From: Octopus bimaculoides
Taxonomy: Eukaryota
DNA length: 64,000 nt
Reading direction: 5' to 3'
NCBI RefSeq assembly: GCF_001194135.2
Contig: NC_068985.1
Span: 16,718,848-16,782,847 of the forward strand
The notes beneath the pieces are model-generated. The model was given only the letters and a program-made list of their open reading frames with translations, had not been told where the DNA came from and did not search any database. Shown here piece after piece: positions 24,832 to 36,750 of this stretch. Position 1 is the first letter of the stretch. Each line of letters begins with the position of its first letter. The position numbers and the translations under genes were made by a program.

Positions 24832-25405
24832 GGGGGGGGAAACAGACAGACAAAGTCAGCAACAGAGAGAGAAACAGACAGTGAAAGAGAGAGAGAATGT
24901 GAAATCAAGGTACAAGGTGAATATGAGAGATAGAATAGGGATAGAGGTATAGAAAAGGTGAGTGAGTTGGTAAATGCACTAGAGGGGAAAGATTGTAACA
25001 GAGATTTAGAGGTAGGGATTGAGGTGTAGCAGTGAATATTGATTTGGGGGAGGAGAAGTGAAAGAAAGGAAATGGGAGTGAGTCATGTGATTTGTTGAGA
25101 AATTGAGAGAAGTAATGAAATGAAGTGTAAGCTTCAAATAAATATGTAAAATCTACCCTTCAGTCTTATGGAAGACTCTAGAGCCAGTGTCACAATGAAA
25201 TGCACCTAGTACTCTCTGTTAAAATGGTTGCTGTTAGAAAGAGCAACCAGCTGTAGAAATCATGCCAAGAAGAGCAGTGACTTCATAAATGAACTGGCTC
25301 AGGCAGAGATGATTCCTCCAACCTATGGAGAGAGGATATATAATGGCGATGATGATAACTCACTGAGTAGTTTTTATTCCCGTTTGTACACTTGAACACA
25401 AATAT

Positions 25406-25565
25406 ATCATCATCATCATCGTTTAACGTCCGCTTTCCATGCTAGCATGGGTTGGACGATTTGACTGAGGACTGGTGAAACCGGATGGCAACACCAGGCT
25501 CCAGTCTGATTTGGCAGAGTTTCTACAGCTGGATGCCCTTCCTAACGCCAACCACTCAGAGAGTG
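25406..25565 (-). mobile_element. SINE family B 3' part, young
   Basis: catcatcatcgtttaacgtccgctttccatgctagcatggg...; almost identical to 63826-63930 and to the reverse complement of 11410-11528. Confidence 0.85.
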
Positions 25566-25570
25566 TAGGG

Positions 25571-25607
<37 letters not shown>

Positions 25608-25614
25608 TATACTA

Positions 25615-26012
25615 CTGACTGGCACTCGTGCCAGTGGAATGTTAAAAGTACATCCGAGCATGATTGTTGCCAGGGCCACAAATTGGCTCTTGTGCTGGCA
25701 ACATGTGAAAAGCACCATTCGAGCATGATCGTTGCCATCGTCGCCTTACCAGCACATGAAAAACAACATTCGAGTGTGGTCACTGCCAGTGCTGCCGGAC
25801 TGGCTCTTGTGCAGATAACACATAAAAACACCTTTTGACTGTGGTCGTTGCCAGAACCACCTGACTGGCCCTACATTCTCGGAGTGGTTAGCATTAGGAA
25901 GGGCATCTTTGCCACATCAGATTGAGCCTGGTGCAGCCTCTGGCTCACCAGTCCTCAGTCAAACCGTCCAACTTATGCCAGCATGGAAAGCGGACGTTAA
26001 ACGATGATGATG
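25615..26012 (+). mobile_element. SINE family B with several diverged internal repeat units
   Basis: Repeated ctgactggc...ggcac-tgtaaaaagcaccattcgagc-tg-tcgttgccag motifs precede the family tail. Confidence 0.8.
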
Positions 26013-26099
26013 AATCTTATTTTTTCCGCAGTATTTAAGACAGCAAGCTGACAGAAACCATTATTATTATTATTATTATGCTATTACATAAAAGTTAGT

Positions 26100-26560
26100 T
26101 AATAGAGATGTGATAATTCTCCTCAAATTTCAAGAATCTTTCTTAGGATTCTGGCAGAATATGGAATGGACTTTTCTGTATATCTCAATTCCTATATCCT
26201 TAAACCTCATAAGTAGCAGCTTGGTGTTGTGCCAAGAGCACCAATTACAATAGGACGATAATTGTCTCCTTTGCTTTCCACAATCTCTTCAACTTTTTGG
26301 CTGGTTCCTAACATTTCTCAGTTTTTTCAATGTCTTTTGCGTCTACTTGATTACCATATAGTATTGAAAAGTCAATGATCTTACACTTCTTTTTTTTTCT
26401 GCAATCACATCTAATTTTTCTGCTTTAAAAGTATGGTCAGTCTTATGGAGAAATCCCATAAAATCTGCAATTATTACTCTCCATCACAGCCTCTGGCTCT
26501 TGTTCATATTACTTTTCTCTTACTTTGAAGCCATACACTCAGCTAACACAGTGATGAGCT
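26100..26560 (-). mobile_element. Decayed R4/Dong-like LINE 3' end (REL domain)
   Basis: Minus translation includes LKRLWKAK..IVPIVIGALGTTPS and SARILRKILEI*; followed 3' by (TAA)n at 26060-26080. Confidence 0.7.
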
Positions 26561-27052
26561 CGGTTCCAAACACAGTCATGCCTGCATTTGTATTCTTTTT
26601 GTGCTACCTTCTGCATTCATATAAGAGATGGTTGATACTTTCATATTCTTCTCTAGTGAGAGCATTTGCTCTCTTACTGGGTCTTATCAATCTGTGTGTT
26701 AACTAAATTAATTCAAATAGCTTGATACTGAGTGACTAAAATTAGCAATTCAGTTTCTTGTTTCAGATTTCTATTTGTCATAGGAGAGAATTTACTACAT
26801 GGATATTACAGAAATGAAGAAAGGAGCCTAAATCAGGTACTGGCAGAATTCTTAGTGCATTGGACAAAATCTTAACAGTATTTCTAGCTCTTTATGTTCT
26901 GAGTTCAAATCTCACTGAGGTCAACTTTGATCCTTTCCTGGTCGATGAAGTAAAGTACCAATCATATACTGGGGTTGATGTAAATGGCTTGTCCTCTCCC
27001 CCCAAAATTGCTGGCCTTGTGTCAAAATTATACAGAAATATTATTGTTGAGT

Positions 27053-27715
27053 GAGAGAGCAGTGCATGCCATCTCATCATGACTACCTGCCTGATAAGCA
27101 TACATCAGGTACATGCAACACGTGACTTCACATCAAGATAAACATCACATGACCTTGCAGGTGGGGTCCAGTTGGAACTTTCTTCAGACCTAGTAGCCCA
27201 TCCCACTCAAAACGTCCATATTTCCAGGGGTGAATTATTCAAATCCCAAAGAATCCCTCTTTGAACATGAAGGCGGCGAGCTGGCAGAAACGTTAGCATA
27301 ACGGGCGAAATGCTTAGCGGTATTTCGTCTGCCGTTATGTTCCGAGTTCAAATTCCGCCGAGGTCGACTTTGCCTTTCATCCTTTCGGGGTCGATAAATT
27401 AAGTACCAGTTACGCACTGGGTCAATGTAATCGACTTAACCCCTTTGTTTGTCCTCTCTATGTTTAGCCCCTTGTGGGCAATAAAGAAATTGAACATGGT
27501 TATGATGCTCCCCCACAACTCCTGCTTGTGATCAGCCACTGAGGGACATGCTCCACTTTTTAGGATCAAACAACTGACAAGCAGATCTGTGGTATTGAGC
27601 AGAATATTTGCTGTAGCCCATCTTTTATACCAAGACGAAACAATATACATGATAACACTTTCAATCATTTATGATCAGAAGCCATGACAGCCACTGCCTG
27701 ATATTGCATCAGGGC

Positions 27716-27717
<2 letters not shown>
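27053..27717 (+). mobile_element. Interspersed repeat interrupted by a younger SINE
   Basis: Sequence resumes at gaacatggttatgatgctcccc after the 27270-27489 insert; ends at (TTA)n. Confidence 0.6.
27270..27489 (+). mobile_element. Young family C SINE with a 9-bp TSD
   Basis: TTGAACATG at 27261-27269 and 27490-27498; most CpGs intact. Confidence 0.9.
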
Positions 27718-27755
<38 letters not shown>

Positions 27756-28029
27756 AAGGTGGCGAGCTGGCAGGATTGTTAGCACACCAGGTGAAATGCT
27801 TAGCAGTATTTTGTCTGTCACTACGTTCTGAGTTCAAATTCAGCCAAGGTCGAATTTGCCTTTCATCCTTTCAGGGGTCGATGAAATAAGTACCTGTGAA
27901 ACACTAGGGTCCATGTAATCTAGTAGTCTCCTCTCCACCAAATTTCAGGCCTTTATACCTATAGTAGAAAGGATCATCATCATCATCATTATCATTCATG
28001 TACACACAACAGATTAGACAGTTAGAAAA

Positions 28030-29900
28030 GAAAAATTCCTAATATTGGGTCACAAGTAACCTTAGATGCCAAGAACCCCACTAAGTATCCTAGCTGTCCC
28101 TAATAACACTGTTTTATGGAGCTGTACTAAACTAGGTTTTATGCCTATTTCCTCTATCCTTCTGTTCAAATTTTTAGGGATAGTTCCTAATGCACCTATA
28201 ACTACTGGGATACATTTTACCTGCACTTTCCATAGCCCCTGTAATTCAACGGCTAGGTCTTGGTACTTTGATACTTTTTCTATACCTCTCATATTGATTT
28301 TTTCATTATTTGGGACTGTAAAGTCAATTATCTAGCACTTTCTATTCTCTTTATCTACTACTCCTAAATAAGACCTAGCTTCTATTACTGTGTCAGTCTG
28401 AATGTTAAAGTCCCATAACATCTTATATTTCTTACTTTCTAGTACTTTACTAGGTTCATGTTCATACCACTTATCAGTATGGTCAAATCCTAGCTTTCTA
28501 CATAACTCTCAGTGGATTACTCTCCCTAGGTTGTCATGTCTTTTCTTGTATTTTTTCCAGCATGCTACATTCACTTACAATATGAGTAACACTTTCCTCT
28601 TTAGATTTGCATAACCTACACTGGGAATCTACTTGGTTTTTGTCTATCTTGGCTTTTATCCAATTAGTCCTTAATGCTTGATCTCGTGCTACTACTAATA
28701 AACTTTTTGTCTCTATTTTCAGCCTTCCTTTCTGCAACCATAACCATGTCTCACTACCACTATTTACTCCAACTATCTTTGGGAATCTACCATGCAAAGC
28801 CTTCTCCTGCAAGTCAAATAACTTTTGTTATTTTTCTGGTTTTTAACTTCGTTTGGTTTTTGGTTTCCCTATGTCTTGCTGTGACTCTGGCAGCTCTTAA
28901 TAAACTTTCTTCACTATTACTATGTAGGAGTCTATATCTACCCTAGATAACTCCACACAGTCTTCTACTGGTACTAGCCCTCTTCCACTTTCTGTTCTTT
29001 GTACATATAATCTTGCTACTTCCTGCCCTTGGGTGGAGTCATTCAAGCGAGGTCGTTGCCAGTGCCACTGGACTGGCTCCTGTGCAGGTGGCACGTAAAA
29101 TACACCATTTTGAGCATGGCCATTGCCAGTACTGCCTGATTGGCCTTCGTACCGGTGGCATGTAAAAGCACCCACTACACCCTCAGAGTGGTTGGCGTTA
29201 GGAAGGGCATCCAGCTGTAGAAACTCTGCCAAATCAGATTGGAGCCTGGTGTAGCCATCTGGTTCACCAGTCCTCAGTCAAATCGTCCAATCCATGCTAG
29301 CATGGAAGGCGGACATTAAACTACAACGATGATGATGATGATGATGATGTTAACTTCATTACTAAACTGAGCAGGATCGAACATAAGACAAATATCAAAG
29401 GGGAAAACAAGTCTCCTTGGAAAATTCCTCTCTTGATATTAATCTTCCTTAAGATTGTGTCAATGGCTATTATTATTATTATTATTATTATTTCATTTTC
29501 CATGTCATTCCTCCTCAGCCTATTTTTCATAGTGTTTTCTGCAAATGGTTTTGGAGCACCCACCACCCACTGATAGTCATCTATTTCTGTGAGGCCTTCT
29601 AAGCATTTGAATGAATTTATAACATGGGTTCTCTTACTACCAACTTCTGTTCACTTGTTATTTATGAAATCTTCCTTCTCTATCAGCTTGTCTATGATAC
29701 AATTGCATTTCTTAAGTGCACCTATTGTTTGCACTGGATTCTTCACGTGCAATTTTTATCTACTTTTTTCCTGCATATTAAGCATGAGTACTTCCTCTAC
29801 AGGAATAACATTCCGTGATCTTTCTTTCCAAGTGAAACTATTATCTTTGCAAGGTTTACTTTGACATTTCATGAATTTAGGCTTCAGGTTTACATTTGAA
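28030..29900 (-). mobile_element. Decayed R4/Dong-like non-LTR retrotransposon (RT, CCHC knuckle, REL), split by a SINE
   Basis: IKRGIFQGDLFSPLIFVL (RT); CRLCKSKEESVTHIVSEC (zinc knuckle); EKVSKYQDLAVELQGLWKVQVKCIPVVIGALGTIPK...LLGTARIL (REL). Stops and frameshifts present. Confidence 0.85.
29040..29349 (+). mobile_element. SINE family B inserted in the Dong-like LINE
   Basis: Family body and (GAT)n tail. Confidence 0.85.
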
Positions 29901-30563
29901 ATTTCTTCTCTAAATCTTTGACTGAATCTGTAATGAGAATTAGGTCATTGGCACAAGGGAGTACCCACAAATAGATAATCTTAAACTCCTCTTTTATGGG
30001 CTAGAAAATTATAATGAACAAAAGGGGGTTGAGAACAACTCTGATGGACACCTACCTGCATACTAATTTCCATGCTGAAGTCTTTGCCAACTCTCACCTT
30101 GCAGACAGTATCTCTGTACACAGCTTGCATTTATACAAACACACACATGATTACATACATACAAAAATATAATGTTTATATAAGCTCCCAGCTACGGATC
30201 TTATATGAACTCTAATTATAACTATCAAAAATGATGAATAACATGAAGTAAATAGAATTTTATACTTGCAACATAGACATTACACTTATATAAATTTTCC
30301 TCCCTTCCAGTTACTTTTCACTTAATTAGGATGATATTACAACAAACATTTGTTTATTTTGTTTTAGTCATAGAGCTTGGACGTTTGGAAACCATATCAC
30401 TCTCTCTCTTCTATTTCCAGTCTCCACCTGATAATTTTTCTTTGACTTAATCTTAATTTTTCCATTCTTCTTACTCCCACTTTGTATTCCTTTTTATATT
30501 TATTTTCTTTTTGTATTCAATGTTATATTTAGTTATTATCTGCAAACTTGTCTTATTTTGCAG

Positions 30564-30619
30564 ATGTCAGTTTAATTGATGAAATGTTAACACAAATATG
30601 CCAGCATTATTTTATATAA
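30564..30619 (+). CDS. Weak candidate terminal exon (D)VSLIDEMLTQICQHYFI*
   Basis: tcttattttgcag acceptor only; cannot be linked to the chain. Confidence 0.15.
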
Positions 30620-31080
30620 AATAGGTCTGGTGTTTCAACGTAGGATCTCATAGACAATATGGCTATATGTAGTACTGGATTCAAGATAAATAGCAATATC
30701 AGGGACTGAAAAAAAAAACCAACCCTTCAACGATTATTTTTTTTTCTACTTTTTAATTTGGAGGAGTTGTGCTCATGACTTTTGCAGTCTTTCAAAACCT
30801 GGTGCAATGAATACAGACATTCAAATAAAGATGATGAAGACAATGATTACAAGATTTTCTGGCGAGAAAGGGAAGGAGCAGTTATCTTTCAAGATCATTT
30901 TAGCCAAGGGAATTACTGCTAATCTTTGTTTATTTGTCATATATAAAATCTTTCTTCTCTGTCAGCCTGCTTTTAATACTGTTTCACTTCTTGTGTACAT
31001 CCATTATTTACATTGGACTCACCAAATGGAATTCTCATCTACATCTTTTTTTTTTTTTGTTCCAACTAAAACTTTGTCTT

Positions 31081-31421
31081 CACCAGTGCTGCCTGACTGG
31101 CTCCCATGCTGGTGGCACATAAAAAGCACCATTCAAATGTGGTCCTTGCCAGTGCTGCCTGACTGGCTCCCATGCTGGTGGCACATAAAAAGTACCATTC
31201 AAGCATGGTTGATGTCAGTACTGCCTGACTGGCCCTAGTGCCAGTGGCACATAAAAAACACCACTACACTCTTGGAGTGGTTGGCATTTGGAAAGGCATC
31301 CAGTTGTAAAAACTTTGCCAGATAAGATTGAAGCCTGGTGCAGTCTTCTGGCTTGCCAGCCCTCAGTCAAACTGTCCAACCCATGCCAGCATGGAAAGTG
31401 AATGTTAAAACGACAATGATG
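31081..31421 (+). mobile_element. SINE family B with three 66-bp internal units
   Basis: Units start at 31083, 31149 and 31215. Confidence 0.85.
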
Positions 31422-32769
31422 AATCTTATTATTTTCCACAGAATCGTTAGCATGCCAGGCTTATTTGTATTTCATCTGTCTTTATGTTCTGAGTTCAAAT
31501 TCTGCCAAGGTCTACTTTGCCTTTGGGGTCAATAAAATAAGCACCAGTTGAGTTTTGGGGTTGATGTAATCAACTTTGCCCCATCCCCTGAACTTGCTGG
31601 CATTATGCCAAATTTTGAAACCCTTTTATGTAGCCACGTCAATGAGTTGCACTGTTCTGTTTATGAACTACTTGTTTATACAGTACCCATATTTCTGCAG
31701 AACCTCAATGATTCATGGGGTGAAGAGAGTAGTTAGCTTCACATCAGGGATCTAGTTTGAATACTTGCAGCAGAGTAGATTCTGCTAAAGAAACAAACCT
31801 AAGAGCCAGTTGATGATATTAAATCTAGTGACTGATTGGACTACTGCCTTAAACGTCAATACAGAAAGTACACCTGTAATGAACAATTATAGGGTTGTTA
31901 CAGCAAGATATTTTCAACCTGGTTAAGTGAGTTTTTTTAAACATTATCAGAAGTGGTTTGCCAGAAATCACAATAAAAAATAATTACTTATTCATTTGAA
32001 GGTAATGAAGCAACAGACATGATTGAACACAAACTAAGTGCATCAAAGCATTTAGATACTTCCTTTAATTTATGAGTTCAAATCACATTGGGTTGACTTT
32101 GCTTCTCTTTCCTCCATGGTTAATAAAATTCGTTGCAATGAAAAAGATTTTATGAATCTTAATTGTTAATCAAAAGGCTCTTATCTACAGCACTAGTTTC
32201 AAATTCTAGTTAACCATTTTAAGATTAATAATTCTTTCTTCTATAGGCATGAAGCCTGACATTTTGGAGGAAGAGGGTTAGTTGGTTACATCAACTCCCA
32301 GAGCTCAACGGATACTTATTTCATTGACCTTGAAATAATGGAAGGCAAATTTGACTTTGGTGAAATTTGAACTCAGAATATAAAGACAGATGTATTGCTG
32401 CTAAGTTTTTGTCTTGTATGCTAATGATCTTGCCAGCACACAGCATTAATTTCAAGATTGATAATATTTGAATAATTAAAAAAGTATGTAGGTTGTTTCA
32501 AGACAGCAAACTAGCAGAATCATTAGCACACTGAACAAAATGTTCAGTGGTACTTCTTCCAGCTTTATATTCTGAGTTCAAATTCTGTCAAGGCTGACTT
32601 TACCTTTCATCCTTTGGGGTTGATACAATAAGTACCAGTTAAACACAGGTTGGTGTAATCAACTTACTCCCTCCCCTAAAATTCCTGGCTTTGTGCCAAG
32701 ATCTGAAGCCATTATTATTTGTCTCAGGTGAATTCTTCAGTGGTGCCTTCAGTAGTCATCTTACTAACC

Positions 32770-33171
32770 AACTTATGATATTTTTCTTTGCAACCATGTA
32801 ATTTCAGGTTCAGTCTCACTGTGTGACACCTTGAGCAAATGCCTTCTACGATAACCTACAGTTGACCAACACTTTGTGAGTGAGTTTGGTAGAGAGAAAC
32901 AATGTGAAAGCCCAATGTGTGTGTGTGTATATACATACATACATACATACACACACACACAAACACATGTATTATGTGTGTCTCTGTCCCTCTCCACTGC
33001 TTGACAACCAGTGTTCGCTTGTTTATGTCCCCATAACTTAGTAGTTTGACAAAATAGACTGATAGAATAAATACTAGAATCAAAAATACTGCAATCAATT
33101 TGTTCAACTAAATCCTAAAAGGTAGTGTCCTAACATGGTCACAGTCCAATGAGTGAAACAAGTAAAAGATA
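32770..33171 (+). mobile_element. SINE family A, decayed
   Basis: Colinear with 19081-19470. Confidence 0.8.
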
Positions 33172-33179
33172 TGTTGGTA

Positions 33180-33780
33180 TAGGACTGCCTTTCTTTGATG
33201 TCTAACCAGTTAGAGACTCTCAGTGTCTCTTGCAGTGACAGGCCATTCATGGTTCAGCAGAATATTGCAGATATGGGCTTCAGTTTTTATGGTGTTTAGC
33301 TAATGACCAGCATTGAAATATTCCCTCTACATTCTGTTCAAGGGCTCCTATGCTTCTACATGGTCAGATTGCAGACTGATGCCATCTATGTGGTCCAGGT
33401 CTAATGGCACTACAGTAGAGAGCTGTCTAGACCTTTCAGATATAAATAACAAAGCCAAGTTTCTGTTCTTGTTCATTAATGGCAGTTTAAGTGTGCAATC
33501 CAGCACTATAATGAAGAGGAAGAGTGTCTCCTTGCAATACTCCTCTCCCACTAAGATGTCAAACTTCTTCTTGTTGTCTAGCATTTCTACTTCGGTTCTT
33601 GTATCTATGTTCATGATTTCTATAAGTCAAAATATTCCATATTAGGTTGGAAGAGACACCATAAGTCTTAAATATTTTTATCATCAAGCCCCAGATATTG
33701 GGTCGAATGCCATTTTGAAATAAAAAAACAGCACCATTTTTTTGCTGTTCCTCTCCAATGAATCTCCTTAAGGTAAACAA
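33180..33780 (-). mobile_element. Decayed RTE-type LINE reverse transcriptase fragment
   Basis: LRRFIGEEQQKN..., FDILVG...LFLFIIVLDCTLK...RSRQ...DLDHIDGISL and LNTIKTE correspond to RT motifs 3-7 (F/YxDD decayed). Confidence 0.7.
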
Positions 33781-34553
33781 ATTTTACAAATACACACACA
33801 CATCTCATTAATCTATATGTACAAATATATATTGTAAAATGAAACTTTGTATTCTGTAAAACTCTCAGTCCACCATATCCAACACCCATTCCACTTTTTG
33901 ACTTCTTACTAAAGTGCGAAACCAATTTTAAAAGTAGAATCCTTGTCAGGTTTTGAATTAGGAATAAAGTATGATGAAACAAAATACTGTAATAATTTTG
34001 TACTTTTCTGTTGCCATTACCTACATCTATATTATTTTAAATACAAGTACTCTGGAGCTAAAATATTCTAATTACATGTGTCTGCTGGCAGTCATGTATA
34101 CCCCGCCTCCCCTCTCTAGTCAGCTTGCTACTGCTCACTGTTCCGTGTATGTGAGCTATGAGAGAGAGAGAGAGAGAGAGATGGTGATGATGATGATGTA
34201 TTTTGTTATCTGCTGCAACTACCCCTTAAACTTGGGCTATATCTTTATCGTATTGTGTTCTTGAAATTGGACAACTATTAGATTATCTTTGAAAAATAAT
34301 TTTTTAAAACATGATAGAAAGAGCAAGTAATCTCATACTGATCAATATAAAATAAAACTTAATTCGTTAACTCTCCACCAAACAGTAATGGTGTGGATTA
34401 GGGCGTCACCCTATTAGTGGTATGCAAGGTGTTTCTGCATGAAAAGCGGTCGACTTACTAGTGTAATGTTTAATACTAACCAAATTCTTGTGAAGTACTG
34501 TTTGTTTCAGTTAACTACGATTAGAAGAAAGATCTCTGTACGCTTCGGTAGGT

Positions 34554-34596
<43 letters not shown>

Positions 34597-35270
34597 GAGA
34601 TCGAAAGGAAAATACATTTCCACTCTACATAATAAAAACAAAAATGTCAACAACTACTTTCAATAATAATGATCATAATGAAAGCATTAAATAATTCCAA
34701 TTAAAATAGACGTCTTGTATAATAAACTTTCTTCTGGAAATTAAATAATAATTAGCTGCTACTGTAAGAATATTGACAAGTGCTGCTCAGAAAAACCACT
34801 CGACAATAAATAAATTCCTTTGAATAGCTTTGCCTGTTGGGTGAGTTCATAAAAACTAAGTTTGACTCACTGACGACGCCTTGCATGCAACCGGTTACAC
34901 AATATGAGTGGCGCGTTAGCATCAGGCGATATAGCAGCAAGCCGCCTATTTACTCACAGGAGACTTGATTTATTTCATAATCATTCACAAGCGAAATTTT
35001 TTTCGTAACGTTCAGAATACTTTTTCTTAATTATATATATTTATTCCATTAAAGTTTGTACTGGTAATTCTGTTTATTTTATTATTATTTCAAATTCTAT
35101 AAATGTTTGATAAATTATTTTTAGAGATCGGTTAAGTTGCAACACACTTGTCTTCCTCTAAATTCATATCGAACCTTTTTTCTTCCCCAATATTTTCTTT
35201 TCGTCAGTTATTTTATGTCTCACTAAGCCCTCCTTGTTGGTAACTTCAGCTTTTCCTGCCTAAACCTTAC

Positions 35271-35325
35271 TCCGCTCAAGTCACTTCAAAGTAAAACTGT
35301 ATCAGTCCGCCTGAACTTCCGGAGG
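35271..35325 (-). other. Candidate first non-coding exon of a leftward transcript
   Basis: Starts near CCGGAAGT and ends at a GTAAGG donor; further minus-strand GTGAGT donors at about 34957 and 34870. Confidence 0.35.
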
Positions 35326-35671
35326 TAACTAAAGAGGGAGAGAAAAAGCGCAAATCTTTCTGTATTTAAAACATCTACATACATTCAAAATAAAATTAAA
35401 GCATGAATTACTTGTATGCGATAATTAAATATTCATAGATTTTCATATTTCCATGTATGCATTGTTGGTATGTTTGAACTATATTTTGTCGCCATTTTCG
35501 GCGCAAGGTTTCCACTGAAGGTCATAGTCGTCATCACGCGGATAGGTTTTGAATTATGAGGTGATAACGGAGCTTTCAAGTGGAGAATTAGGCAGCTTTT
35601 TTTTTTACTTTAACTAATTACAAATTCGATTCGTTTTAAGTTACGTGAACGTCTCTGATTTTACTTAACAG

Positions 35672-35727
35672 CTCGATTAAGGAATACAAATAAGTGCAAA
35701 TAACTTGAAATTTGGTTACCGAGCAAG
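35672..35727 (+). other. Candidate 5'UTR exon of the rightward gene
   Basis: tctctgattttacttaacag acceptor and AAG|GTAGGT donor. Confidence 0.35.
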
Positions 35728-36646
35728 GTAGGTGAAATGTACAATTTACTAGTTTTTTTTTTACGCGTGCATGGTAACATTGAATTGAATTCTCTCATCT
35801 GTTTGCTGCTAGATATCTTCGCTCCCAACAAACAGATAGACACACACACATCTATCTATCTATCTATCTATCTATATATATNNNNNNNNNNNNNNNNNNN
35901 NNNNNNNNNNNNNNNNNNNNNNNNNNNNNNNNNNNNNNNNNNNNNNNNNNNNNNNNNNNNNNNNNNNNNNNNNNNNNNNNNNNNNNNNNNNNNNNNNNNN
36001 NNNNNNNNNNNNNNNNNNNNNNNNNNNNNNNNNNNNNNNNNNNNNNNNNNNNNNNNNNNNNNNNNNNNNNNNNNNNNNNNNNNNNNNNNNNNNNNNNNNN
36101 NNNNNNNNNNNNNNNNNNNNNNNNNNNNNNNATATATATATATATATATATATATATATAACGTTAATAAAAGAAATCTTGGGCTTATCTAGCACTTTGT
36201 ACATAGTTCAGCGAACCGCTTCAGTCACGAATGACATTTAAATAGATTAGAAACCAAGCAATAAAGTACGAGTTCCAGCTATTAATTATTAAAAATTCTG
36301 TATTTTCTTCCTTAGAATAAATAAATTAAGCGAACTGAGGAGTTTCTTGTACGATTTTTGTCAAACGTTTGTGCTTACCGTATATATTTTTGAACTATTT
36401 GTGTATATTGTGGATGACAATCCACGTGTAATTTTAACACTCTCTTTAATTCAGTGATGTTACTAAAGAAAATATTATTTAGCTGTTAGCTGAAATAAAT
36501 ACTTTACAATATTTATATGTATTTATTCTAACCTATCCGTTCATAGTTCTGAAAACTGCGGCAATACTTTGGTCCTTGCCAGAACTTAAATAATTGCAGC
36601 CATTTTCTTCTATGTGGTATTTTATTTCACTTGAATTCATTTCCAG

Positions 36647-36750
36647 CAATAATCACCGACAATTTCACGCCAAATATTTAGACCTGCTTTAGAAATTCCA
36701 TCAGCAAGTCTGCAACAAATGTTGCTTATATGCAATGACGAAAATATTTG
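36647..36750 (+). CDS. Candidate early exon (ATG at 36719: MLLICNDENI)
   Basis: ttcatttccag acceptor and G|GTAAGA donor; ends phase 2, compatible with 38042. Confidence 0.3.

Larger units (their letters stand above)
35271..35730. promoter_or_regulatory. Probable bidirectional promoter
   Basis: ETS motif ACTTCCGG at 35315-35322; YY1 motif CGCCATTTT at 35490-35498; minus-strand GTAAGG donor at 35270 and plus-strand AAG|GTAGGT donor at 35728. Confidence 0.55.

Noticed and set aside
25615-25870. Regularly spaced repeats superficially like a CRISPR array (also 31083-31260 and 22591-22641)
   Set aside because: No unique spacers, eukaryotic context, no cas genes; explained by SINE or MITE internal repeats.
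35433-35495. Minus-strand ATGGCG start in good context
   Set aside because: Stops after 20 codons; better explained as a YY1 site.
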